DNA of 64,000 nucleotides from Eledone cirrhosa (Eukaryota): the NCBI GenBank assembly GCA_964016885.1, contig OZ024758.1, forward strand, positions 15,128,001-15,192,000, read 5' to 3'. Below, piece after piece: positions 52,535 through 64,000 of this stretch (its first letter is position 1; each line of letters begins with the position of its first letter). Below the pieces are notes generated by a model. The model was not told where the DNA came from and ran no database searches. It was given only the letters and a program-made list of their open reading frames with translations. Both the position numbers and the translations under genes were made by a program.

Positions 52535-52980
52535 TCATCATCATCAAGACCGTTTTACGTCTGTTCTTCCACGCTAGCATGGGTTAGATGGGTTGTCCTG
52601 TTGTGGGCAGTGCCCGGTTGGCTGACCTTGTCTTGCTCATACGGGAACTGATTCTGGCTTGATTTCTACAGCTGGATGCCCTTCCTAACACCAACCTCAT
52701 TTACAGTGAGTGCTGGGTGCTTTTTTTTTCCGTGGCGCCTACACGTCCACTTTACAGTGTGGGCTGGGTGCTTTTTTGCCGTGGCACCTCCACGACCACT
52801 TTGCAGTGGAATGATAGGGACCCCAGTCCTATCATCTCATTTTTACAGCTGAGTAAACTGGAGCAATGTGAAATAAAGTGTCTTGCTCAAGGAAACAACA
52901 CATTACCCAGTCTGAGAATTGAACTCGCAACCTTTCGATTGCAAGCCCAATGCTCTAACCCCTAAGCCATGTACTTCCAT
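52535..52980 (-). mobile_element. SINE group B, long tail type 1
   Basis: Includes the extra internal sub-repeat and the CCCATGCTAGCGTGGAAGA tail. Confidence 0.88.
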
Positions 52981-53339
52981 GTGCCACATATATATATATA
53001 TACACACATATACACACTCACATGCATATATACACACACACACACACACACACATACACACATAGGGTGTCCCAAAAAATGTGTATACATTTTGATTAGA
53101 AGGCTGTTGAAATGTGTATGAATTTTTTGGGACACACGCACACACACACACACATACACACACATATATCCACACACATGTACACAACCCATGCTAGTGT
53201 GGAAAATGGATGTTAAATGATGATATATATATGTGTGTGTGTGTGTGTAGATATATACTCACACACACACATATATTCACATTCACACACAATATATATT
53301 CACACATGCACACACACATATATATTCATGCACACACTG

Positions 53340-53428
<89 letters not shown>

Positions 53429-54198
53429 TTGTTTGATATGTTCTTTTTGAATTTATCAGTATTTTTCTATAACTTGAGATTTAAAAAAAAAAAAAAAAAA
53501 CCTACATAAATGTCGACTATAAAAATGTGCATATGTATAAGATTTAATATTAAAAAGAAAACAACAATAAGATACAACATAATACAATCAAATATATTCT
53601 TTATAGATATTTGCTGTTTGATCTCAGTACATCTTTTATATGGCATTCAGCTGAGTTCAAACATCACACCAAGCATAATCAAGCATTACTCTCTTATTCC
53701 TCAGGTCTTGATAACTCTCCTCCATTAACATAATGTGAAAATATTGCTTTTCTTTGCTAGTCATTTTCCTAGAAAATGGTAAAGATGGGAATCTAGAAAG
53801 TGTTAATGAAAGCTTTCAGTCTTGTTTTCTATAGTAATTTAGCTACTTTACATATTCTAGACAATTTCAAATGTCAGCTGCTGAAATACGTTCACCCTTT
53901 TGTTACTATATTTTTAACTAAATAGAAGTATATATATATATATATATACATGCAAATATATATATGTATATGCATACAAATATATATATGTATATGCATA
54001 CAAATATATGTATATACATGCAAATATATTTGTATATACATGCAAATATATTTGCATATGCATGCAAATATATGTATGTATATACACACAAATATATATA
54101 TATGTATGTCTAACCCTTGCTAGCGTGGAAGAATGGACATAAAACGGTGATGATGATTGTCATTATCATATTTTTATATATATATATGTCATTATCAT

Positions 54199-54252
<54 letters not shown>

Positions 54253-54557
54253 GGAAAGAAAGAATTCAACTTTAGTTCATTTATTCTTCTTGGAATGCTA
54301 AATGGCATTTTAGCCAACCATTTAAGTAATGGTTAGCTTCGATTTAAATGTAAAATACTGGCTAGTTATACAGGCATCCACAAGAATAAGTAGAGAGAGA
54401 CGCACACACACATGCATACATATATATATATAACATTTAAATAGCTACACAAATAGCTACATATATACACATCCTGAAAAAGTTTGCCATCATAGCCTGC
54501 CTTTCTAACTAATATTAGAAGTTGCTGGTTTATAGCTGGGAAAAAGGTACTGAAGAT

Positions 54558-54862
54558 TAACCCTTTAGTATTTACATTACCCTATATATAGTATTGTATT
54601 TTTGTGGTAAAGACTTTATCTTACATAATTATCCCACATAATAATATCGAATCTGAGATCTTTATATTTATTTATTTATTTTGAGAACAATATGGGCAGC
54701 CGGTTACAGCCAGTTTGAACAAGAGGTGAGAATTCTGACCGGATATGGCCGGTTCAAATTCTAAAGGGTTAATATAAGAATGAGAGCCAGTTACAACCAG
54801 TTTGAACAGGAAGAGGTAAAAGAATTCTGGCTGGATATGGCCAGTTTAAATGCTAAAAGGTT
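54558..54862. mobile_element. piggyBac-type MITE P1 plus a duplicated 3' half
   Basis: TTAACCCTTTAG...AAAGGGTTAA, then a second GCCAGTTAC...TGCTAAAAGG. Confidence 0.75.
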
Positions 54863-55047
54863 GCAGCCCTCATCACAAATATTAGAAGCTGCTGCTTTAT
54901 AGCTGAGAAAAAAGTTGTGAGACATTGTTAGGTTTGTTTTGGGAACATGAAAGCTGAAGGAAAAATTGGCGCAGCATCAGAACAGTATCAAATAGTTACA
55001 TAGAATATAAATATCAAAATACTGCTACAATGTATTACAATGTATTA

Positions 55048-55232
55048 GGTGAATTGGCAGTATCGGTAGAGGGTTGGATTATGCTTTCCAGCATAGTTAC
55101 GTCCCTTTACGATCTGAGTTCAAATCCCGCCGAGGTTAACTTTGCCTTTCATCCTTACGGGGTCGATAAAATAAAGTACCAGTAATGCGCTGGGATAATT
55201 GCTGGCCTTGTGCCAAAAAGTAGAAACAATTA
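55048..55232 (+). mobile_element. SINE group A
   Basis: Full-length copy. Confidence 0.9.
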
Positions 55233-56167
55233 TTCCATATTACCATGAAACATTGTAGAATTCCTTTATTTCATTTGAAACCCTTTCATTACTATATTTC
55301 TAATGAAAAACACTATGGTTTTTTAACCCTTTTACATTTGCTTTACTCAATATTTACTATTATATTTTCATGCTAAAGGTTTTACCTCACATAATTATCT
55401 CCCATAATATTGAATCTACGAGATTTTGATATTATTTATTTTGAGAACAATACCTTAATGTCAGTATTAGTGGTCAGTTACGGCCTATTTGAACTGAAAG
55501 AGGTGAGAGAATTCTGGCCAGTTACCGCCGGTTTAAATGCTAAAGGGAAAAATAACAAGAGTGTAGGATTTAGTAATATAACTTTCTCATTATTAAGCTA
55601 GTGTTTGGAGCAAAGGTTCTTGTATAAAATTTTATAAGTTAAGATATTTTTAGGTAAATGTAAACATTTTAAAATAACTATAGTAAATGATTAAAAAAAT
55701 TACAACCACATGTAAAAGAAAACTATGTTGTTTCAGTTTTGTTGGTGACACGACAAAAGCACCCAGCCCATCCTGTAAGTTGATCGTGCTGGTGATAGGA
55801 CGAAAAAACACTGTCCAACTTGTCAGTTGGTTATTTTAGTCTCATGATAAAAAGCACCCAGACTTCACTATAAATGGCATTAGAAAGGGCAGAAACTGTT
55901 CTGTATGTATGAGACAGGTCATCTGATGTGATTTTTCTCACAATGGGACAACTCATCAAACTCATGCTAGCATGGAAAATGGACATTAAATAGTGATGAT
56001 GATGATGATATATTTGGGAAAAATAAAAATTACATTCCAAACAATTTTTAGCTGGTTAATCTTTTGTGCTATTACCAAAATATTGATTCCTTGTTTCATA
56101 CACCAGTTAACAATTTTTCTTCTAAATAAACTCCTGAATAGACACAGAAGAAAATAACCACAATGTC

Positions 56168-56836
56168 TTAACCTCTTTTGTTGCCATATTTATAATGAAA
56201 GACATTGCCTATGATTTTCAAATAATTTTTGAAAGTAATCAAGAAACCAGAAAGATTTAGTAATATAACTAACTTTCTCACTATAAATCTGGGATTTGGA
56301 GCAGAGTTTAACCCTTTAGAATTTAAACCAGCCAGAATTCTCTGATCAAACTGGCTGTAACCGGCCACTCATACTGATTTTAAGGTTTTGTTCTTAAAAT
56401 ATCAAAATCTCATAGATTCAGTATTATGTGAGATAATTATCTCAGATAAAGTCTTTACTGTGAAAATACAATAGTAAATATATAGTAGTGTAAATGCTAA
56501 AGTGTTAATAAAATTTCTTACATAAAATTATAATGGAAGTTATTTTTAGGCAAATGCAAACATTTTAACCATTTAGCATTTAAACCTGGCCAGAATTCAC
56601 TCACCTCTTTCTTTCAAACCGACTGTAACTGGCCGCTCATTCTGGTGTTAAGGTATTGTTCTCAAAATAAATAAATAAATAAATACATAAATACCAAAAT
56701 CTCAGAGCAGAGTTTAATAAAATAACTTAGATAAAATTGAAAGTTATTTTTGGATTAATGCAAACATTTGAAGCTAAAAACTTTGTACCATAGCACCAGA
56801 GGCAGTTTCAGGCTGTTTAGCATGAAAAGGGCTAAA
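56168..56836. mobile_element. MITE P2 with two nested P1 insertions (56308-56507, 56565-56705)
   Basis: TTAA-CCTCTTT...AAAAGGGCTAA host; P1 copies start at TTAACCCTTTAG and TTAACCATTTAG. Confidence 0.65.
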
Positions 56837-57246
56837 ATGTCTAGAGTAAAGTGATAAATAAACCAAAGCATGTATTTAGATGTTATTGTGTATCTATTCT
56901 AGTTACCATCATATTGCTAGTACCACACTTCTCTGGTAGTGGTTTCGGTATTATTTCAGTCACGTTTGTTTCTAACTATATTCTTCACTTATATTAACTA
57001 TATTTAGTCACTCACAGACTTCGTGACAAACTGAATGCTAATAATTTCTCCACAACTATAATTTCTTAGCTGACACTGTTGTGATGTGATTAAGAAGTTT
57101 ATGCAACCGTATGGTTTTAGGCTTAGTCCAACTGTGTTGAACCTTTGGCAAAGGTCTTCTATAGCTTCAGGTGGACTAATGCTTTGCAAGTGAAATTTGG
57201 TAATTGGAAGCCTATCGTGTGTGTGTGTGTGTGTGTGTGTGTACAA

Positions 57247-57740
57247 ATAATTGTTTCTACTTTTAGCACAAGGCCAGCAATAGCCCAGTACATTACTGGT
57301 ACTTTATTTTATCGACCCCGTAAGGATAAAAGACAATATATAATTATTTCTACTTTTAGCACAAGGCCAGCAATAGCCCAGTACATTACTGGTACTTTAT
57401 TTTATCGACCCCCATAAGGATAAAAGACAATATATAATTATTTCTACTTTTAGCACAAGGCCAGCAAATTACCCCAGTACATTACTGGTACTTTATTTTA
57501 TCGACCCCCATAAGGATAAAAGACGATATATAATTATTTCTACTTTTAGCACAAGGCCAGCAAATTACCCCAGTACATTACTGGTACTTTATTTTATCGA
57601 CCCCCATAAGGATAAAAGACAATATATAATTATTTCTACTTTTAGCACAAGGCCAGCAAATTACCCCAGTACATTACTGGTACTTTATTTTATCGACCCC
57701 GTAAGGATGAAAGGCAAAGTTAACATCGGCGGGATTTGAA
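57247..57740 (-). repeat. Five tandem copies (93-96 bp) of the SINE A 3' end
   Basis: TACTTTTAGCACAAGGCC at 57258, 57351, 57445, 57541 and 57637; only the last unit continues into the SINE body. Confidence 0.9.
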
Positions 57741-57790
57741 TATATAATGATAATAAAAAGGATGAAGTGCTAGGTCTTCATTACGTTTAT

Positions 57791-57880
57791 GGTGTGACAC
57801 GTGTTTCACAATTGATCAGCTCAAGGTTCAATCTGTATCGATCTGGCCCGATTCTGGAATCAAAAGATTATCAGATTTCT
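57791..57880 (-). ncRNA. Degenerate or chimeric family H3 hammerhead relic
   Basis: Minus strand: CTGATAA tcttTTGAT...ATCAAttgt GAAA CACGTG TC; G8 lost and stem I unpaired. The 3' half recurs at 29568-29650. Confidence 0.45.
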
Positions 57881-58009
57881 GTTATGGTAATGACAGAATA
57901 TTACAACACCAATATACCTACTGGAAACTAAACATCGAGTGCTCACTCAGATGAACCTATAGTAACTGGACGTTACAATCCTTAAATATATATATTTTTT
58001 TTTTTTTTT

Positions 58010-58223
58010 AGCGATCGACTTTCGTCAAATCGGACCGAGGAAACAATGTTTCCGTTGGTCTTTCCAGTTGCTAATACTATCTATCGGTCGCAACTCCAGG
58101 TAGAAGGAGCAACGTGAAATAAAGTGCCTTGCTCAAGGACATAACGCATCGCCCGGTCCAGGAATCGAACTCACAACCTCAAGATTGTGAATCCAATTCT
58201 CTAACCACTCAGCCACACGCCTT
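58010..58223 (-). mobile_element. SINE group B, tail type 3
   Basis: Matches 1217-1485 (GGAAAGACCAAYGGAAAC...TTTCCTCGGTCC). Confidence 0.85.
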
Positions 58224-58384
58224 ATAATAGTAATAATAATAAATTTCAAGACTAAAATCCAAAGATTCTTTGCTTAAACTTTAATCTGTTATTTTAATAA
58301 ATATATATATGATTATAATTTAGTCATGACTGCCATGACTAAATTATAACCATCAACATAGTCAAGGTATGTCAAGCATCAACT

Positions 58385-58450
58385 TATTTTATCTGATGAG
58401 GACGTACTGTTGAAATAGCTCAGTATCTCTGAAATATGTATAATAAAATA
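58385..58450 (+). ncRNA. Type I hammerhead fold, family H1, intact core
   Basis: TATTTTAT CTGATGA GGAcGTACTG [11-nt loop] CAGTATcTCT GAAA TATGTA TA ATAAAATA. Confidence 0.75.
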
Positions 58451-58589
58451 TATTTGATCACATGAATCTCTATATTTATTGATATTTTGAAGTGATATTA
58501 ATAACTCCAGAAAACCTCTTGTAGAGTGCTTATAATCTATTGTGAAACTTTATTCATTGATGAATTCATTGAACCTTGTTAAACTTTTA

Positions 58590-58642
<53 letters not shown>

Positions 58643-58814
58643 GGGGGGGGGGCATGTCTGTGTTTATGTCCTGTAACTTAGCAGTTTGACTAGAGACTGA
58701 GAAAATAAATACCAGACTTGAAAATAATAAGTTTATATAAGCAACTAAATCCAGTTAACCAATTTGATACCAAACTGCCTGAAACTGCTCTTGCTTCTAC
58801 AATACAAAACTGTT

Positions 58815-59123
58815 TGAACCCTTTAGCATTTAAACTGGCCATATCTAGTCAGAATTCTCTCACCTCTTTCTGTTCAAATCGGCCATACCTGGCCAGAATT
58901 CTCTCACCTCTTTCTGTTCAAATCGGCCATTCCTGGCCAGAATTCTCTCACCTCTTTCTGTTCAAACTGGCTGAAACGAGCCCCTCATATCAATAAGGTA
59001 TTCTTCTCGAAATAAATATCAAAATCCCATAGATTCAGTATTGTGAGATAATTATGTGAGGTAAAAGCGTTACCATGAAAAAACAATAGTAAATATAGAA
59101 TAATGTAAATGTTAAAGGGTTAA
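58815..59123. mobile_element. MITE P1 with an internal 44-bp triplication
   Basis: GGCCAT at 58837, 58881 and 58925. Confidence 0.8.
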
Positions 59124-59814
59124 GTAGCATGATCGCAGTCAAAAGACTAAACCGCTCCCAAACCAGCAAACCAATATTTACTGAGTGATAGACTTCATGT
59201 TAAACCGAACGTCCATATATTTCTCCTCAACTTTTTCTTGGAACTAACATATATAAGTTTTTACTTCATTGCACATTGGCAGATCTCTAATTTATTTAAT
59301 CTAGATAACACTATGAAGTGAAGTTCCATTTCTATTTTATTGTTTTAATATTACCATCATTATTTATTACCATTATCGTTGTTGATATTATTATTATTAT
59401 TATTATTATCTCAATATATCTCTCTAGTACAGTTCAAAAATAAACTGGTACAAATGATAAAATCTGATTGGGGAAAAACTAAATTTAGTGATTTCACTCT
59501 ACTCTCTTTTTTATATTTCTTTATCTCAAATAAAAACAACAATAATAATAGTAATAATGATTAAAAATAAAATAAAATAAAAAAAATAATCAATCAATTT
59601 CCGCTATCTTTCTTCTAGACTTGACTTCATTATAATTTCAACCTCCTTTTTACTGAAAACGGCTTAATCAAAATAGTTGGGTCTATAACTATAGAGGTTA
59701 TTTAAATGGCATTCACAAATTTTTCTATTATTTCAGAAATTCTTCCTTAAAAAAAAAAAAATAGGAATGCAATAATTAACCTAAAAACATACATACATAC
59801 ATTTTGTGAATATA

Positions 59815-60695
59815 TTAACCCTTTAGCATTTAAACCAACCATATCTGGCCAGAATTCTCTCAGCTCTTTCTGTTCAAACTGGCTGTAACCGGCCACTCAT
59901 ACTGATGTTAAGGTATTGTTCTCAAAATGAATATCAAAATATCATAGATTCGATATGTGAGGTAAAGTCTTTACCATGAAAATATAAAAATAAATATAAA
60001 GTAATGTAAATGCTAAAGTGTTAAATTTGCATTTAAAAAAAATTTTTTTTTTTTTTTTTTTTGATGATATATGCATGACTGTGTGGTTAAGGAGTTGGTT
60101 TTGCAACCAGATAGTTTTGGGTCTCTGTTCCAGTGTGTCGAACCTTGGGATAGAAAAGTGATTTCTACTTAAAGCCTTGGGTTGATCAATGTTTTGTGAG
60201 TAAAAATGGGAAGATAGAAATCATTGAAGCCTGTTGTATGTGTGCGTGTGTGACACTTAACTCTTTAATGTTCAAAACCGGCCAGAATTCTCTACCTTTT
60301 TCTGTTGAAACTGGCTGTAACTGGCCACTCATACTGATGATAAGGTATTGTTCTCAAAATAAATACTTTCAATATCTCATAGATTCGATATTATGTGAGA
60401 TAATTATGAGAGATAAAGCCTTTACTATGAAAATATAATAGTATATATAGAATAACTTGAATGCTAAAGGGTATCCTTTAGCATTCAAACTGGCCATATC
60501 CAGCCAGAATTCTCTCGCCTTGTTTTATTCAAACCAGCAGTAACCAGCTGCTCATTCTGATGTCAAGGTATTGTTCTCAAAATAAATATCAAAACCTCAA
60601 AGATTCGATATTATGTGAGGATATTATGTAAGATAAAAAACCTTTACCATGAAAATACAATAGTATATAGAGTAATGTGAATGTTAAAGGGTTAA
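59815..60695. mobile_element. Three MITE P1 copies
   Basis: 59815-60024, 60257-60472, 60475-60695. Confidence 0.8.
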
Positions 60696-61164
60696 ATGTA
60701 GTTTTCATGAGGCGGAACATCATAATTTCACCACATAAGCCATGTAGCTCACTGGATGTTTATTTAGCTTTTATAACGCACTGCTGCCAAGAAACCTGTT
60801 TCTCTGTGTGCGTGTGTGTGCATGTTTGTGTGTGTGTGTGTGTGCATGTTTCTGTCTGTCTGTGTGTGTGTGTGCGTGTGTATGTGAGAAAGTATATCCT
60901 CAGTTGTTTGTTCATTGTGTGCGTGCGTGTGTGTATGTATGAGAAAGTATCTATCTAGTTATTTGTTCATACCTGCTAACTATGGTTGCCTTGTCACAGC
61001 AGTGGGTCTGTCTCAGTACCCCCCCCCCCCACACACACAGACCCACTGTCTTCTTTTCATATGTACTTTAGAGGTGGCAGGTAGTTTGATGAGCTTCACC
61101 AGGTTTACTTGCTTTCTTCTTCTCTCTCAACATTTTTTATATGATCATTTCCTGTCTGTAGTCT

Positions 61165-61590
61165 CCTATAATAAAATGTGTTTATGTGAGAGAGAGAGAG
61201 AGATAGAAGCCCCTCCCTTATCTTAATGTGTTTATGTGAGAGAGAGAGAGAGATATATAGAAGCCCCTCTCATCTTAATGTGTTTGTGAGAGAGAGAGAG
61301 AGAGAGATATAGAAGCCCCCTCCCTTATCTTAATGTGTTTATGAGAGAGAGAGAGAGATATAGAACCCTCTCTTACCTTGTGTTTATGAGAGAACCCCCT
61401 CCTTTACTTTAATGTTTATGTAAGAGGGAGAGAGAATCCCCTCCTTTACCTTGTGTTTATATAAGAGAGAGGGGCAGAGAGAGAACCCCTTCCCTTACCT
61501 TGTATTTATGAGAGAGAGAGAACCCCCCTCCCTCATTTTAATGTGTTTATGTGAGAAAGAAAGAGAGACAACCCTCTCCCTTACCTTAAA
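61165..61590. repeat. Degenerate GA-rich minisatellite (AATGTGTTTATG...GAGAGA...CCCCTCCCTTA)
   Basis: About nine variable-length units. Confidence 0.75.
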
Positions 61591-61827
61591 TCTTTATACT
61601 CTTTTACTCTTTTACCTGTCCCAGCCATCCGACTGAGGCCATGTCTGTCTGCTACATACTGAAACAACATTACTGGATTACATTATTCTAGTTGCTATGG
61701 GGGGGGGGGGGGCTCTTTCTGTACACATCTTAGTGTTATATCACTAGCTTTTGATCTTTATCAATTGCCAACTCTAACCGATTCCATGTGCAACAGTTTT
61801 TTTTACTAAGTAAAACACACCTACCTA

Positions 61828-62008
61828 CCGTATATGCTGGCGTACAAGTCGACATTTGGAACTTAAAATTATCTCTCCAAAACCAGTGGTCGATTTGTCC
61901 GCCGGATATAAAATGTGGAAGTGTGTGTGTGCTGCTTCACCTGAACTACACCTCAGAATTTTAGGGGCCAACTTATGTGCTAGATCGTCTTGTACGCTGG
62001 CATGTAGG
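61828..62008. mobile_element. pogo/Tc2-type MITE
   Basis: TA-CCGTATATGCTGGCGTACAAG ... CTTGTACGCTGGCATGTAGG-TA. Confidence 0.65.
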
Positions 62009-62399
62009 TAGGTATCATAACTTTGTCTCAATCATTTTGAATGTTAGCTTTATAAGACTGAGTTCCAATACTCTCACATATTTGGTTCTAAGCTGGCTCT
62101 ACTTTGACCTAGTGGTTCAAATGTTGGATTCATGATCATAGATAAGATCATGTCTTCAATTCCTAGACTGGGTGGTTGTGGTGGTGGTACATTGTCCTTG
62201 AGCAAGACACTTCACTTAAGGTTTCTCCAATCCACTCAGTTGAAAAAAAAAAAAAAAAAACAGAACAGAAATGAGTAGTAGCTGCAGCAGCTGGGAGTTT
62301 AACCTCTGCAACAAGCTAATGTCTGGTTCATGGAAGGAGTCTTTTCTTGATAGGACTGGAGTCCCTATCATTAAAACACCTGAGAAACTTCACATCAAA

Positions 62400-62680
62400 T
62401 ACAACCTTGTAGGAGGCCAACTAAACCTACATAGGGTGTAAGTTGTAACAGCAGCAACTGTGACCCAGCTCCCACATGTGACAGACAAGTGGAACTGTAC
62501 TTGGATATCACCAGGGAAGGTCTCTGGAGTCTCGACATCACCTTGGAGGATGCAGAGGAGCTGGCACGAGACCACCAGGGATGGAGGGCACAGGTGGATC
62601 TGGTCGGCTCTATGCACAATGATACTTTTGGGTCGCTGGCTTAGGATGACCCCAGCCTCATCGAGCAAGATGAAGAAGAT
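62400..62680 (+). mobile_element. Decayed RTE-like LINE C-terminal fragment
   Basis: YLDITREGLWSLDITLEDAEELARDHQGWRAQV resembles RTE C-termini (D....L..L......A..LA.DR..WR..V). Confidence 0.55.
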
Positions 62681-63742
62681 AGTTAACACAAAACACATCG
62701 ATGGTTCATTTTTGTTTTCAACCATTTCATATTTGATAAGAGGGTAATAGCCCTGAAATATACTGGATAAAACATTACTTTGTTTTATTTATCATCTTTT
62801 GCCCTTTAATATATTTCTACCACATTGTACTGGCTTTTTGAAACTTATCAATCATTTATTTTATTGTTGTTGTTTCATGGTCCTAGCAGATAGAATTGTG
62901 AAGGTGTTACCTCTGAAGTTGGCAAGAGAGATGCACTGAAATAGAACCCATTTAACCCTTTAGCATTCATATTACTCTATATATACTATGAACTCAGTCC
63001 CTTTACAGTCTGAGTTCAAATCCCGCCGAGGTTAACTTTGCCTTTCATCCTTACGAGGTCGATAAAATAAAGTACCAGTAATGCACTGGGTAATTGCTAG
63101 CCTTGTGCCTGCAGTAAAAGCTTTACCTCACATAATTATCTCACATAATATCAAATCTGAGATTTTGATATTATTTATTTTGAGAACAATACTTTAACAT
63201 CAGTCCGAGTGGCCAGTTATGGCTGATTTGAACAGAAAGAGATGAGAGAATTCTGTCAGGATATGTGGCTTATTATTGTGGATGACCATCTTTCTTTTAA
63301 TCTGTAATCCAGTTTATATCAGTCTTCAAATTATTTCATATTGATACACATTAAAAATAAACTCGGCTCTTTCTCTAATAATTATAATATTAAGAAGGAA
63401 ATTTAATGAAATTTTAAAAAAATCTGTAAAATTTGCATATAAAACTAAATTGTTACCCTCCAGTAAAATAATATTGAAATGAAAGCAAATGTTCGTAATT
63501 TAAAGTTCTCCCTATTGGGAAATTATTGATTTTTATCAATAGATTGTTTATAATTAATCTTTTGTTGTTCATTTATGTTGGGGGGGGGGGGGTATTTTGT
63601 TTAATTAATTGAATATATATTTAGATGGATTATCGTTCTTCTTAGTATTTTTGCCTCCACAATCCCTAGCCTTGCTACAAACCCACCACCAAACCGCCTC
63701 TGGTTCTATGTGACAGAACCTCCCATTTTTAAGGGTCCATAT

Positions 63743-63958
63743 TTAACCCTTTAGCATTTACATTACTCTATATTTACTATTGTATTTTCATAGTAAAGGC
63801 TTTATCTCACATAATATCGAATCTATGAAATTTTGATGTTATTTATTTTGAGAACAATACCCTAACATAAGTATGAGTGGCTGGTTACAGCCAGTTTGAA
63901 CTGAAAGAGGTGAGAGAATTCTGGCTGGATATGGCCGGTTTAAATGCTAAAGGGTTAA
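63743..63958. mobile_element. piggyBac-type MITE P1, cleanest copy
   Basis: TTAA-CCCTTTAGCATTTA ... TAAATGCTAAAGGG-TTAA: perfect 14-bp TIRs and TTAA TSD. Confidence 0.88.
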
Positions 63959-64000
63959 ATTGAAGCATTCTAACAATTTTATATAAGAACCTTTCGTTAT

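Overview
AT-rich, repeat-saturated eukaryotic DNA with no recognisable host gene exon, so probably intronic or intergenic. The SINE, RTE-LINE and microsatellite complement resembles an octopod cephalopod; this is an inference from recalled repeat sequences, not a search. Nearly all supplied ORFs are artefacts of microsatellites, minisatellites or SINEs. The only protein-like sequences are broken non-LTR retrotransposon relics: five RTE-clade pieces and one Ingi/Vingi-like piece. The window also holds two abundant tRNA-derived SINE groups, piggyBac-, hAT- and Tc1/mariner-type MITEs, and about ten tandem arrays, several built from LINE or SINE sequence. The most notable signal is a dense set of type I hammerhead-ribozyme folds: nine complete or near-complete motifs plus several halves, in at least four sequence families with compensatory stem changes. 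They sit in short non-coding, often palindromic islands next to (TA)n tracts, consistent with non-autonomous Penelope-like/retrozyme elements. All folds and coordinates were read by eye, and no activity is demonstrated.
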